Assembly (NCBI GenBank): GCA_963693025.1
Contig: OY843749.1
Coordinates: 2,381,615 to 2,445,614 of the forward strand
Source: Arenicellales bacterium
Lineage (GTDB): Bacteria > Pseudomonadota > Gammaproteobacteria > Arenicellales > Poriferihabitantaceae
Length of the DNA stretch: 64,000 nucleotides
Reading direction: 5' to 3'
This document shows positions 9,430 through 19,502 of the stretch, piece by piece. The translations under genes were made by a program, and so were the position numbers. Position 1 is the first letter of the stretch. Each line of letters begins with the position of its first letter. The notes under the pieces are model-generated. The model saw only the letters and a program-made list of their open reading frames with translations. It made no database searches and was not told the origin of the DNA.

Positions 9430-11137
9430 TCTGGAAATTCAGCGAATCATTTTGTTCGGCGCGCTCGGCCTGGTGCTGGTGATGATTTGGCAGTCGTGGG
9501 TTGAATTTCAGCAGCAATATAATACCGCCCACACCGGCGCCGCCAACACGCAGCGAAGCCAGCCGAGCGCGTCCGCCGATGGTCGAGTCACCGCCGATGA
9601 TGTTCCCGAAGCGCCGGCGTTGCCGGCATCGCCCGAGCAGGTCGCCGAGCCGCAGAGCATTCCGCAGGCGTCGGCGGCGGACGGCGCTTTGATTTCCGTC
9701 ACCACCGACTTGGTGCGCGCGCAAATCGACACCCACGGCGGCGACCTGGTGCGCGTTGAACTACTGCGTCATCCGGTCAGCGTCAATCGGCCCGACGAGC
9801 CGTTTGTGCTGATGCACCGCGACCGTGGCGCGACCGATTTGTACATCGCCCAGAGCGGGTTGATTGGCTCGGGGCGGGAATATCCCAATCACGATGTGGA
9901 GTATTCGGCGTCGCGCTTTGACTATGTGCTCGGCGACGATGAGCGGATGGAGGTCGTGCTGGATTGGAGCGCGCCGGACGGGGTCGTCTATCAGAAAGTG
10001 TTTCGCTTTGCGCGCGATTCATACCGCATCGAGGTTGACTTTCGCGTGGACAACCGCAGTCCGCAGCCGTGGAACGGGTTTGTCTATGGGCAACTCAAAC
10101 AAACCGCCATCGAGCAGGAAAGTTCGATGGGCTTTCTTGGCCGCTTGCCGAGTTATCACGGCGCCGCCATTTATACCGCCGAGGAAAAATACGACAAAAT
10201 CGACTACGAGGATATGCGCGATGCGCGCCTCGACCTACCGACCAGCGCCGGTTGGGTGGCGATGTTGCAGCACTACTTCGTCGCCGCGTGGCTGCCCGCC
10301 GGCGCCGACGGCTATGCGTTGTTTTCCGGTGTGAGCGGCAACGGCGGCAACGCGGCTTCGCGGCAATACCGCATCGGCTACAAAGCCACGCAGCCGGTTC
10401 ACATTGCGCCGGGCGAGCGCGGCGTGGTCAGCACGGTGTTGTTTGTCGGACCCAAAGAGCAGAAACACCTTCGCCGCCAGCAGGTGGAAGGGCTGTTGCT
10501 GACCGTGGACTACGGCTGGCTGACGCCGATTGCCGACCCGTTGTTCTGGTTGCTCGACAAGATTCACGGCGTGGTGAATAACTGGGGCTGGTCGATTGTT
10601 CTGTTGACGTTGCTGGTCAAGGCGATTTTCTATCCGCTGTCCGCCGCGAGTTATAAGTCCATGGCGAAGATGAAAAAATTGGCGCCGCGCTTGAAGACCT
10701 TGAAGGAGCGTTATGGCGATGACAAGCAGAAGTTCCAGCAGGAAATGATGAAGTTGTATAAGACCGAAAAGGTCAATCCGGCGGGCGGGTGTCTGCCGAT
10801 TTTGGTGCAGATACCGGTGTTCATCGCGCTCTACTGGACGCTGCTGGAAAGCGTGGAGTTGCGCCAGGCCGACTTCATGCTGTGGATAAAAGACCTGTCA
10901 ATCCCCGACCCCTATTTTGTGTTGCCGCTGATTATGGGGGCGTCGATGCTGGCACAGTTTCATCTCAACCCGGCGCCGGTGGACCCGCTGCAAAAGAAAA
11001 TCATGATGGCAATGCCGATCGTGTTCACGGTGTTTTTCCTGTGGTTTCCGTCCGGGCTGGTTCTGTATTGGGTTGTCAACAACCTGCTCTCGATTGCGCA
11101 GCAATACTACATCACCCGGAAATACGAAGCCGCCTGA
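9422..11137 (+). CDS. yidC: Membrane protein insertase YidC
   Basis: Start taken at MFNLEIQRIILFGALGLVLVMIWQSW (N-terminal TM typical of YidC). The C-terminal core PILVQIPVFIALYWTL...LYWVVNNLLSIAQQYYI is present. The track's 9260 start would overlap all of yidD. Confidence 0.95.
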   Translation: MFNLEIQRIILFGALGLVLVMIWQSWVEFQQQYNTAHTGAANTQRSQPSASADGRVTADDVPEAPALPASPEQVAEPQSIPQASAADGALISVTTDLVRAQIDTHGGDLVRVELLRHPVSVNRPDEPFVLMHRDRGATDLYIAQSGLIGSGREYPNHDVEYSASRFDYVLGDDERMEVVLDWSAPDGVVYQKVFRFARDSYRIEVDFRVDNRSPQPWNGFVYGQLKQTAIEQESSMGFLGRLPSYHGAAIYTAEEKYDKIDYEDMRDARLDLPTSAGWVAMLQHYFVAAWLPAGADGYALFSGVSGNGGNAASRQYRIGYKATQPVHIAPGERGVVSTVLFVGPKEQKHLRRQQVEGLLLTVDYGWLTPIADPLFWLLDKIHGVVNNWGWSIVLLTLLVKAIFYPLSAASYKSMAKMKKLAPRLKTLKERYGDDKQKFQQEMMKLYKTEKVNPAGGCLPILVQIPVFIALYWTLLESVELRQADFMLWIKDLSIPDPYFVLPLIMGASMLAQFHLNPAPVDPLQKKIMMAMPIVFTVFFLWFPSGLVLYWVVNNLLSIAQQYYITRKYEAA

Positions 11138-12518
11138 GCGCGGTGCGCGCGACCATAAGCGCGGCGCGCGCCACCGTAGCGATGACATTGTGGCGGTGGC
11201 GACGCCGCCGGGGCGCGGCGGGATTAGCATTGTGCGCGTCTCCGGCGCGCGCGTTGCGGCGTTGTGCCGGGCGTTGACGGGCGCGCTGCCGCCGCCGCGC
11301 AAAGCCCGGCTGTGCGACTTTCGCGCCAGCGATGGCGAAGTCATCGACCGCGGGCTCGCGCTCTACTTCCCGGCGCCCCACAGTTACACCGGCGAGCACC
11401 TGCTTGAACTGCACGGACACGGCAGCCCGGTGGTGATGAACGTGTTGCTGCGCCGCTGCCTTGAACTCGGCGCCACGCTGGCGCGACCGGGGGAATTCAG
11501 CGAGCGCGCTTTCGTGAATGGCCGCCTTGACCTCGCGCAAGCCGAAGCGGTCGCCGACTTGATTGAAAGCAGCACCGAGAGCGCCGCGCGCTCGGCCATG
11601 CATTCATTGCAGGGCGAGTTTTCAACGCGCGTCCGCGACCTCGTCGGCGAGCTGACCGAACTGCGCACTTTCGTCGAGGCGGCCATCGACTTCCCCGAAG
11701 AAGAAATCGATTTTCTCGGCGACGACCGGGTGATGGACGGATTGCGCGACTTGCAACAACGCTTCGCCCGGTTGCGCGACTCGGCGCGGCAGGGGAAACT
11801 GTTGCGCGACGGATTAAAGGTGGCGCTGACCGGACCGCCGAATGCGGGCAAGTCAAGCCTGTTGAACGCGCTGTCGCAACAACCGCGCGCCATCGTCAGC
11901 GCCATTCCCGGCACCACCCGCGATGTGCTGGAGCAGTCGGTGGAAATCGACGGACTGCCGGTCGAGGTCATCGACACCGCCGGCATTCGTGAGAGCGCGG
12001 ATGAAATAGAAGTTGAAGGCGTCCGCCGCGCGCGCGATGCGCAGCGGCAGGCGGATGTGGTTCTGCTGGTGGTCGATGATGCGGACATCAACGAGGCGGA
12101 AGTTACGCGGTTGTTGGAGTGCACCGGCGGTGACGCGCCGGTCTGTTTGGTGCGAAACAAAATCGACCTGAGCGGAAGAGCCGCCGGCGCGACTGACAAA
12201 GGCGCCGACAAAGGCGTGGCAATATCAGCGCTAACCGGCGCCGGCATAGCCGACTTGCGAGCGCTAATCAAACAACGCGCCGGCTTCCGCAACACCGAAG
12301 ACAACCCTTTCACCGCCCGCCAACGCCACTTGGATGCCCTACAACGCGCCGCCCACCACCTGGACGCCGGCATAAACCAACTCTCCACCCACCACGCCGG
12401 CGAGTTGCTGGCGGAAGAACTAACAACCTGCCAACGCATCCTCGGCGAGATTACCGGGGAGGTGAGCAGCGATGATTTGCTTGGGTTGATTTTCGCTTCG
12501 TTTTGTATTGGGAAGTAG
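11073..12518 (+). CDS. mnmE: tRNA modification GTPase MnmE (TrmE)
   Basis: DIVAVATPPGRGGISIVRVSG N-domain, G-domain GPPNAGKSSLLN...DTAGIR, and the C-terminal FCIGK motif. Start uncertain: the only canonical start, 11073, overlaps yidC by 65 nt. Confidence 0.9.
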   Translation: MSTTCSRLRSNTTSPGNTKPPERGARDHKRGARHRSDDIVAVATPPGRGGISIVRVSGARVAALCRALTGALPPPRKARLCDFRASDGEVIDRGLALYFPAPHSYTGEHLLELHGHGSPVVMNVLLRRCLELGATLARPGEFSERAFVNGRLDLAQAEAVADLIESSTESAARSAMHSLQGEFSTRVRDLVGELTELRTFVEAAIDFPEEEIDFLGDDRVMDGLRDLQQRFARLRDSARQGKLLRDGLKVALTGPPNAGKSSLLNALSQQPRAIVSAIPGTTRDVLEQSVEIDGLPVEVIDTAGIRESADEIEVEGVRRARDAQRQADVVLLVVDDADINEAEVTRLLECTGGDAPVCLVRNKIDLSGRAAGATDKGADKGVAISALTGAGIADLRALIKQRAGFRNTEDNPFTARQRHLDALQRAAHHLDAGINQLSTHHAGELLAEELTTCQRILGEITGEVSSDDLLGLIFASFCIGK

Positions 12519-12651
12519 GGGGTTGGCGTTGCGCGCGTCAGCGTGGTAGAGTGCGGGGGCTTCGGGTGTTCGCCGGTGTGTAATGGCGGCGCTTGAAGGA
12601 ATGAGTCTCTCCGGCGGGTGTCGCCGGCGATGTGAATGGAGGTAAAGGATT

Positions 12652-12843
12652 ATGATGAAATTCGGTTACTTAAAAGCCAAAACGGTTCGTCTTACCGTCA
12701 ACCAGGTCGGTATCTACTGCATCGTCGGCGGCATAGCCCAGGGCGTGATTGAAAAGGACGTGACGGCGACGGTGGCGGTCGGCTTGACATTGACCGGTAT
12801 TGTGTTATGTTTGGGTGCCGCTTACCGCAAGAGGAAAGACTAA
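12652..12843 (+). CDS. Small hypothetical membrane protein (63 aa, 2 predicted TM)
   Basis: Strong SD (GGAGGT) 9 nt upstream of the ATG. Two hydrophobic stretches (VGIYCIVGGIAQGVI, VAVGLTLTGIVLCLGAAY) and a basic C-terminus. No family recognised. Confidence 0.45.
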   Translation: MMKFGYLKAKTVRLTVNQVGIYCIVGGIAQGVIEKDVTATVAVGLTLTGIVLCLGAAYRKRKD

Positions 12844-12950
12844 TGGACCCCGCACTGACCGCCGCATTGCTCGCCGCCGTCTGCTTAGGCGGCGCGCTGA
12901 TTTACGCCACCATCACCGAAGACCGCTATAAGAAAAGCAAGAAGAAATAG
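12843..12950 (+). CDS. Very small hypothetical TM peptide (35 aa), translationally coupled to the preceding ORF
   Basis: Not in the ORF track. The ATG overlaps the upstream TAA (TAATG). Translation: MDPALTAALLAAVCLGGALIYATITEDRYKKSKKK*, i.e. one TM segment plus a Lys-rich tail. Confidence 0.3.
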   Translation: MDPALTAALLAAVCLGGALIYATITEDRYKKSKKK

Positions 12951-12984
12951 ATTGCGGTGAATTAAACCGGCAAGCGCGCACAGC

Positions 12985-13475
12985 CGTCATTCTCGAACGA
13001 TAGAAAAATAGGGAGCGCCCCACTTCGTCATTCTCGAATGATAGAAAAATAGGGAGCCCTCAACCTCGTCATTCTCGAACGATAGAAAAATAGGGAGCCG
13101 ACAGGCGACCATATTTTTCATCGCCTTCGGGAATCTCCCTAAGGCTAGCGTGGATTTCAACAAAGCCCGTGCCAATCTTAGGGAGATTCCCGAGGACGCA
13201 AGTGTCCGTAACCCGCCGCTTAAAAGAAAAAGCGCGGCGGCTAACGGACACTAACGCTCGATGACGAGTTATAAATACCCGTCATTCTCGAACGGTAGAA
13301 AATAGGGAGCGCCAGCGACCATATTTTCTTCGATTCGGGAATCTCCCTAAGGCTACCGTGAATTTCAACAAAGCCCGTGCCAGTCTTAGGAGATTCCCGA
13401 GGACGCAAGTGTCCGTAAGCCGCCGCTTAAAAGAAGAAGCGCGGCGGCAACGGACACTAACGCTCGAGAATGACG
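12985..13475. repeat. GTCATTCTCGA-family repeat, locus 2 (three tandem head units plus two full elements)
   Basis: Head unit CGTCATTCTCGAAYGATAGAAAAATAGGGAGC occurs three times (12985-13100), then two full bodies each ending in CGCTCGA(GA)ATGACGAG (about 13262 and 13475). Confidence 0.9.
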
Positions 13476-13571
13476 AGTTATACCGCCACCACACCCCACA
13501 ACCCCCCACAACCCCCTCAACCCAATTTCCGCGTTATAATCCCCCCAACAAACCGCCAGTGGACTGATACA

Positions 13572-14651
13572 ATGAGCCGTTTTAGTGATATTACCGCGCA
13601 GTTTCGACTGCATTGGAAGCCTGCTATGGCTGACACGAAATCTCAACTCAACTATACCCGCAGCGTGCTGTTGCAGATGCTGGCGGTGTTTGTGTTGTTG
13701 GGGGGGGTGATTGTTTGGCAGTGGGATGTGGTGCGGCAGATTTATCTGCAGAACCAGATTAACGCGATGGGCTGGGCGATAAACGGCGGGATTATGTTGC
13801 TGTTTTTTTGCGGGCTGGGGGTGTTGGTCGGGCGGTTCTTTGAGTATCGCCGCCAGGAATTTAACATCGCCCGCTTTGTGCGCAACCTTAAGGAAGACAA
13901 CGACCCGATGGAGGGCGTGGAGCCGCACGGGATGCTCGCCGAGCGTTACCGCACGCTGCAGGAACTCAACCGCCGGCGCGCCAATATCAATCAGAATGCG
14001 CTGGCGGCGACGTTGCTGGCGAGCGAATCCAGCCGCAACAGTTTTCTCAAGTTTGTTCACAACGTGCTGATTCTGACCGGCGTTTTCGGCACCATCGTTT
14101 CACTTTCGCTTTCGCTGCTGGGGGCGTCCGACATGATTTACGGGAACGCGCAGGCGAGCGGTCAGACCAGCGGGCTCGGCACGATGATTTTCGGCATGTC
14201 CACCGCGCTGTCCACCACGATGACGGCGATACTCGCCTACCTCATCTTCGGCTACTTCTATATCAAACTGACCGACACCCAAACCTATCTGATTAGTTCG
14301 GTCGAGGAAGTCACCGCGACCACGCTGCTGCCGTATCTGCAACCCAGCGAGGAGGCGGCGGTGCGAGATTACTCCGACAGCATCCTCAGCGCCAGCAAGT
14401 TGATCGAGCGCTTTGAGCAGTCGCAGCAGCAATACGACGGCTCGGTGCAGGCGTTGCTCGAAGCGACCCGCGCGTTGTCCGACCAACTGGCGGCGGGAGT
14501 CGGCGGTGGCAGGGGCGGCATCGGCGAGGAAGGGCTGGTCACGCTGATGACGCGCATCGGCGAATTGCAGCAGCAGTCGGTGGCGGAAAATCGGGAGTTG
14601 TTGTCGCAGGTTGTCCGCCTGTTGCAGGAAGGCTTCCGCCTGCGCAAGTAG
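13572..14651 (+). CDS. MotA/TolQ/ExbB-family proton-channel protein with ~120-aa helical C-terminal tail
   Basis: Four TM segments. The last two carry the family signature (LTGVFGTIVS.. and GMSTALSTTMTAILAYLIF). Start at ATG 13572; the track's 13470 start lies inside the repeat element. Followed directly by a MotB/ExbD-like gene. Confidence 0.65.
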   Translation: MSRFSDITAQFRLHWKPAMADTKSQLNYTRSVLLQMLAVFVLLGGVIVWQWDVVRQIYLQNQINAMGWAINGGIMLLFFCGLGVLVGRFFEYRRQEFNIARFVRNLKEDNDPMEGVEPHGMLAERYRTLQELNRRRANINQNALAATLLASESSRNSFLKFVHNVLILTGVFGTIVSLSLSLLGASDMIYGNAQASGQTSGLGTMIFGMSTALSTTMTAILAYLIFGYFYIKLTDTQTYLISSVEEVTATTLLPYLQPSEEAAVRDYSDSILSASKLIERFEQSQQQYDGSVQALLEATRALSDQLAAGVGGGRGGIGEEGLVTLMTRIGELQQQSVAENRELLSQVVRLLQEGFRLRK

Positions 14652-14680
14652 CCGCGCGAGCACGCATCCAGAGCGAGAAC

Positions 14681-16015
14681 ATGCCGGACAACAGCGACAG
14701 CGGATTCGTTGACCTGCGCGTGGGGCACGGCGCGCGCACGATCGGCGACGACAGCGTGTGGCCCTCGTTCACCGACATCATGACGGTCATCGTGATGATT
14801 TTCCTGATGGCGCTGGTCATTATGATGGTGCGGAATTTCGAACTCGACCGCCAACTCGTCACCACCGTGAGCGCCCAGGAAGCCAGCCTGCTTGAAAATC
14901 AGGGGCTCGCCGCCAAACTCGACGTGCTCGAAGCCAAAGTCACCGGCTTGCAAGCGTCGCTCGGCGAGCGCGTGAGCGAGCGGGACGCGTTGCGCGTGCA
15001 ACTGCTCGACCAATTCCAACGCATCGAGTCGATTATCGCCGACAACGCCGGCTTGGAGGAGCAAATCGCCGACCTCATCGATGCGCGAAACCAACTGACC
15101 GGGGAGAGGCAAGAACTCACGGAACAGCGCGAAGTGGCGCGCGCGCGCATCGCCGACCTGACCGCCGCCGAAGAAAAACTGAGCCGGGAAATCGCCTCCC
15201 TGAGCGCGCAATTCAGCGCGCTGACCGAGCGCTCGGACCGCGAAATCGGCGCGCTCACCGACGCCAATCTGTCGCTGAGCGAGCAACTGGATGCACTCTC
15301 CGCCCAACTGAGCGCGCTGAGCGCAAGTTCAAGCCGCGAGATTGAGACGCTGACCGGCGCCAACCTGTCGCTCACCGAGCAACTGGAAACGGTGACCGCC
15401 CAACTCGGCGAATTGGAGTTGAGTTCCGGCAGTGAAATTGAAGCGCTGACCGGCGCGAACCTGTCGTTGTCCGAGCAACTGGATGTGCTGACCGCGCAAC
15501 TCGAAGAGGTCAAGGCGTTGTTGCAGCAGTCCGACCAGCGGGACGCCGACTCGAGCGCGCGCATCGTCCAATTGCAAGAGTTGATTCGCCGGCGGCAGGC
15601 GGAAAACACCGCGCTGCAAAAACTGGCGGATGCGACCGGCGCGAAGTTCCGCTCGCTGCAGGATGAGTATGATTCCCTCGACGCCAAATACCGGAGTTTG
15701 GTGCGCCCGGCGCGAAGCACGGCGGGCAAGTATGTGGTGGATGTGCGCATCGTCAAGTCGGACGACCAGTATCACTTCCAACTGAAAGAGCCCGCGCAAG
15801 ACGACACGGTGAACTACGACAAGGCGGCGCTGGATAAACGCCTCGGCGACCTCAAAGCGCAACACGGCGGAAGCCTGTATACCAAAGTGATTATCCCCGA
15901 AGACAACCAGTTGACGCACAACGAGGCGTGGCGTTTCACGCAGGAAATTTTGGAAGGCTACGACTACTACTACCAGCAATACCCGGACGCGCTCAGGGGC
16001 GACTCGGCGGAATGA
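14681..16015 (+). CDS. MotB/ExbD/TolR-like membrane anchor protein with ~270-aa coiled coil
   Basis: N-terminus [24 protein letters not shown] (single TM with the conserved channel Asp, as in the MotB FADLMT motif). Long heptad-rich region containing three tandem 32-aa repeats. ~100-aa C-terminal globular domain. The stop overlaps the mnmG ATG (ATGA at 16012-16015). Confidence 0.6.
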   Translation: MPDNSDSGFVDLRVGHGARTIGDDSVWPSFTDIMTVIVMIFLMALVIMMVRNFELDRQLVTTVSAQEASLLENQGLAAKLDVLEAKVTGLQASLGERVSERDALRVQLLDQFQRIESIIADNAGLEEQIADLIDARNQLTGERQELTEQREVARARIADLTAAEEKLSREIASLSAQFSALTERSDREIGALTDANLSLSEQLDALSAQLSALSASSSREIETLTGANLSLTEQLETVTAQLGELELSSGSEIEALTGANLSLSEQLDVLTAQLEEVKALLQQSDQRDADSSARIVQLQELIRRRQAENTALQKLADATGAKFRSLQDEYDSLDAKYRSLVRPARSTAGKYVVDVRIVKSDDQYHFQLKEPAQDDTVNYDKAALDKRLGDLKAQHGGSLYTKVIIPEDNQLTHNEAWRFTQEILEGYDYYYQQYPDALRGDSAE

Positions 16016-17943
16016 AATATCCCGAAGCGTTTGCGGTCATCGTGGTCGGCGGCGGGCATGCCGGAGTCGAAGCCGCGCTGGCGAGCGCGCGGATGGGTTG
16101 CAAGACGCTGCTGGTGACGCACAACATCGAGACCGTCGGGCAGATGTCGTGCAACCCCGCCATCGGCGGCATCGGCAAGGGGCATATCGTCAAGGAAATC
16201 GACGCGATGGGTGGCATCATGGCGCGCGCCACCGACGAAGCCGGCATTCATTTTCGCACGCTCAATGCGCGCAAGGGTCCGGCGGTTCAGGCGACCCGCG
16301 CGCAAGCCGACCGCGCGCTCTATAAAATGGCGATTCGCCGGGCGGTGGAGCATCAACCCAACCTGACGCTGTTCCAGCAAGCGGTGGACGACCTGAGCGT
16401 GACCGGCGGGCGCGTGACCGGCGTGGTCACCCAGTTGGGCATCGAGTTCAGCGCCACTGCGGTGGTGCTCACCGCCGGTACTTTTCTCAACGGCAAGATT
16501 CATGTCGGCATGGACAACGCCCGCGCCGGGCGCGCCGGCGACCCGCCGTCGCTGGCACTGGCTGCGCGCCTGCGTGAGTTGCCGTTCGCGGTCGGTCGCC
16601 TGAAAACCGGCACGCCGCCGCGCATAGACGGCAAGACCATCGACTATTCCCGCCTCGAAGCGCAGCCGGGGGATTGCCCGCCGCCGGCGTTTTCCTTTCT
16701 CGCCGCCACCGCCGCTGATGGCGCGCAACATCCGCCAAACGGCGCGCAACATCCGCGTCAGGTGGCTTGCCATATCACCGAAACTCGGCGCGCCACGCAC
16801 GACATCATCGCCGCGGCGCTGTCGCGCTCGCCCATTTACGGCGGCGTCATTGAAGGCGTGGGTCCGCGCTACTGCCCGTCCATCGAAGACAAAATCGTGC
16901 GCTTCGCCGAGCGCGACAGCCACCAGATTTTCATCGAACCCGAAGGGCTCAACACCACCGAAGTCTATCCCAACGGCATCTCCACCAGCCTGCCGTTCGA
17001 TGTCCAGCACCGCTTCGTGCGCACCATTGCGGGGCTGGAGCGGGCGGTGATTACGCGCCCCGGCTACGCGATTGAGTATGACTTTTTCGACCCCCGCGGT
17101 TTGAAGCCGAGTTTGGAAACCGAGTGCATCGACGGGCTGTTTTTCGCCGGGCAAATCAACGGCACCACCGGCTACGAGGAGGCCGCCGGGCAGGGGCTCG
17201 TCGCCGGGCTGAACGCGGCGTTGCTGGCGCAGGGGCGCGAGAGTTGGTGTCCGGCGCGCTTTGAAGCGTATATCGGCGTGATGATTGACGACTTGGTCAC
17301 GCGCGGCACCGGCGAGCCGTATCGGATGTTCACCTCGCGCGCCGAATACCGCTTGCAACTGCGCGAGGACAACGCCGACCTGCGCCTGACCGAGACCGCC
17401 CACCGGCTCGGATTGGTGGACGAGCACCGCCGGCGCGCGTTGGAGCGAAAGCGGCGGGCGATTGAATCCGAGCAGTCGCGGCTGGGGCGGACGTGGGCGC
17501 GCGCGCAGAGCGTGGACGCCGACCTCGCTGAGCAAATTCTCGGACAACCGCTGCGGCGCGACGCCACCCTGCTAGATTTGCTGCGCCGCCCGGAAGTCAG
17601 TTACGACGACTTGATGCGTCTGTTGCCTGAGCCCGAGCCCGCGCTGAGTGCCGACAACCCCGAGGACCGCCAGGTCATTCGGCAACTTGAAATTGAAGCC
17701 CGTTACAGCGGCTACATCGACCGGCAGATGGCCGACATCGCGCGCCGCGAAAAGCACCGGCAGATGGCGTTGCCGGCGGAAACCGACTACCAGTCGGTGC
17801 GCGGTCTATCATCGGAAGCGCGCCAGAAACTCACCGAAGTCAAGCCGCAAACATTAGACCAAGCATCACGCATCCCCGGCGTCACCCCGGCTACGATTTC
17901 GTTGCTGATGGTGCATCTAAAAAAACACGAGCGCGCGGCTTAG
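16012..17943 (+). CDS. mnmG: tRNA uridine 5-carboxymethylaminomethyl modification enzyme MnmG (GidA)
   Basis: [52 protein letters not shown].. is the canonical FAD-binding N-terminus. Start set at ATG 16012, not the track's 15928. Confidence 0.95.
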   Translation: MKYPEAFAVIVVGGGHAGVEAALASARMGCKTLLVTHNIETVGQMSCNPAIGGIGKGHIVKEIDAMGGIMARATDEAGIHFRTLNARKGPAVQATRAQADRALYKMAIRRAVEHQPNLTLFQQAVDDLSVTGGRVTGVVTQLGIEFSATAVVLTAGTFLNGKIHVGMDNARAGRAGDPPSLALAARLRELPFAVGRLKTGTPPRIDGKTIDYSRLEAQPGDCPPPAFSFLAATAADGAQHPPNGAQHPRQVACHITETRRATHDIIAAALSRSPIYGGVIEGVGPRYCPSIEDKIVRFAERDSHQIFIEPEGLNTTEVYPNGISTSLPFDVQHRFVRTIAGLERAVITRPGYAIEYDFFDPRGLKPSLETECIDGLFFAGQINGTTGYEEAAGQGLVAGLNAALLAQGRESWCPARFEAYIGVMIDDLVTRGTGEPYRMFTSRAEYRLQLREDNADLRLTETAHRLGLVDEHRRRALERKRRAIESEQSRLGRTWARAQSVDADLAEQILGQPLRRDATLLDLLRRPEVSYDDLMRLLPEPEPALSADNPEDRQVIRQLEIEARYSGYIDRQMADIARREKHRQMALPAETDYQSVRGLSSEARQKLTEVKPQTLDQASRIPGVTPATISLLMVHLKKHERAA

Positions 17944-17965
17944 ATACTCATCCAAATTACACACA

Positions 17966-19318
17966 CTACGTAAGCGTCACCAACTCCTCAGCCGCGGTTG
18001 GGTGGATGGCGATGGTGTTGTCGAAATCCGCCTTGGTTGCGCCCATTTTGATTGCCACCGCAAAGCCCTGCATCATCTCATCCGCGCCGTCGCCGACCAC
18101 GTGGCAGCCGACCACCGTCTCGCGCTCGCCCGCGGTAATCAGTTTCACCACGGTCGGCGGTTTGTGCTCGCCGAGCGCGTAGCGCATGTTGACGAAGCGG
18201 CTTTGATAAACTTTGACGTGTTGCTCGCCGTGGATTTCAACCGCGCGCTCCTGGCTGAGCCCGACGGTGCCGATGGGCGGGTGGCTGAAGACCACGGTGG
18301 GGATGTTGTCGAAGTCCAGTTTGGCTTGCGGTTGCCCGCCGAAGAGCCGGTCGGCGAGGCGGCGCCCGGCGGCGATGGCGACCGGGGTGAGCGCGGTTGA
18401 CGGCGTGACGTCGCCGACCGCATAGACGCCGGGCGCTTCGGTGTTTTGGTATTCATCCACCGGGATGAAGCCGTTTGCGTCGGGCGCGATGCCGGCGCCG
18501 GCGAGGTCGAGCGCGGCGGTGTTGGGGTGGCGGCTGATGGCGAAGATGACGCAGTCATAGCCCGACTCCGACGCGCCACCGTCGGCGCGATAGCCGAGGC
18601 TGCCGTCATCGGCGCGGTAGATTTCGCTGCACTGCACGCGCGTTTTGATGTCGATGCCGCTGTGCCGCATCTGCGCCATCACCGCCTCGCCGAGCGCGCT
18701 GTCGAAGGCGCGCAACAGCCGCTCTTTACGCAGCAACATTGTGACATCGCTACCCATGCCGCGCAGCAGTCCGGCCAACTCCGTGGCGATATAGCCGGCG
18801 CCAATCAGCAGCGGTTTCATCGGCTGGGTGGCGAGGTTGAAGAACCCGTCGCTGGTGATGGCGAGGTCGGCGCCGGGCAAATCCGGCACGCTGGGCGCGC
18901 CGCCGGTCGCAATCAAAATATGCTCGGCGCGATAGACACGCCCGCCGGCTTCCACGCCCCCGCGCCCGTTCAAGCGGGCGGTGTCGCGCAGAAGGGTCAC
19001 GCCGGAGGAATCCAAATTGTCGGCATAAATGCGGTTCAGCCGCCCAATGTAGTCATCACGCGCGGCCTTCAGCACCGCCCAATCAAACCCCCGCCGCGCA
19101 ACATCAAACCCATACCCGTCCGCCAACTCCAACGCCTCGTGAATCTGCGACGCATTCCACATCACCTTCTTCGGCACACACCCCGCATTAACACAAGTCC
19201 CCCCCAACCGCCCCGACTCAAACAACAACACCTCCGCCCCCCACAAAGCCCCCCGCCGAGCAGCCGCAATCCCCCCGCTACCGCCGCCGATGATGATGAA
19301 ATCGTAGGTCTTGGTCAT
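17966..19318 (-). CDS. gor: Glutathione-disulfide reductase
   Basis: YDFIIIGGGSGG, redox-active GGTCVNAGCVPKK, and the C-terminal HPTAAEELVTL motif of the pyridine-nucleotide disulfide oxidoreductase / Gor family. Confidence 0.85.
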   Translation of the reverse strand: MTKTYDFIIIGGGSGGIAAARRGALWGAEVLLFESGRLGGTCVNAGCVPKKVMWNASQIHEALELADGYGFDVARRGFDWAVLKAARDDYIGRLNRIYADNLDSSGVTLLRDTARLNGRGGVEAGGRVYRAEHILIATGGAPSVPDLPGADLAITSDGFFNLATQPMKPLLIGAGYIATELAGLLRGMGSDVTMLLRKERLLRAFDSALGEAVMAQMRHSGIDIKTRVQCSEIYRADDGSLGYRADGGASESGYDCVIFAISRHPNTAALDLAGAGIAPDANGFIPVDEYQNTEAPGVYAVGDVTPSTALTPVAIAAGRRLADRLFGGQPQAKLDFDNIPTVVFSHPPIGTVGLSQERAVEIHGEQHVKVYQSRFVNMRYALGEHKPPTVVKLITAGERETVVGCHVVGDGADEMMQGFAVAIKMGATKADFDNTIAIHPTAAEELVTLT

Positions 19319-19350
19319 GGGTGTAGTTTACGCGAAAATTCGGAAATACT

Positions 19351-19502
19351 CGTCATTCTCGAACGATAGAAAAATAGGGAGCGCCCACCACTTCGTCATT
19401 CTCGAATGATAGAAAAATAAGGAGCGTCACCACTTCGTCATTCTCGAATGATAGAAAAATAAGGAGCCCCAACTCCGTCATTCTCGAATGATAGAAAAAT
19501 AA
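19351..19502. repeat. GTCATTCTCGA-family repeat, locus 3: four tandem head units
   Basis: CGTCATTCTCGAA(C/T)GATAGAAAAATA(A/G)GGAGC starts at 19351, 19394, 19436 and 19476 (period 40-43 bp, 8-12 bp variable linkers). The fourth unit is cut by the IS1595 left end. Confidence 0.9.

Noticed and set aside
13282-13509. Recurrent small ORFs inside the repeat loci, e.g. 8263..8541, 13069..13251, 26125..26334, 26501..26770, 28020..28250, 37504..37731, 42034..42234, 49743..50039 and 63493..63714. They share peptides such as RALVSVAAALFLLSGGLRTLASSGISLRLARALL.
   Set aside because: The shared peptides are simply translations of the same repeated DNA, seen in both orientations and in several frames. The sequences are dominated by nested palindromes and have no RBS or start conservation. 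I treat them as noncoding repeats.
15970-17547. 525-aa ORF antisense to mnmG. Similar long antisense ORFs lie opposite leuA (38202..40151), ilvI (46389..47480), pcnB (35763..37076), the M24 peptidase (29916..31211), trpS (33979..34998), gor (18446..19369) and the IS1182 transposase (48413..49756).
   Set aside because: Each overlaps a confidently identified gene on the other strand. Each has an Arg/His/Pro-biased composition typical of GC-rich antisense frames.
19351-19502. CRISPR-like appearance of the tandem head units: ~32-bp repeat with variable linkers. Also seen at 12985-13100 and 28230-28334.
   Set aside because: The linkers are only 8-12 bp, far shorter than spacers. The arrays have 3-4 units, the units are part of a larger MITE-like element, and no cas genes are present.
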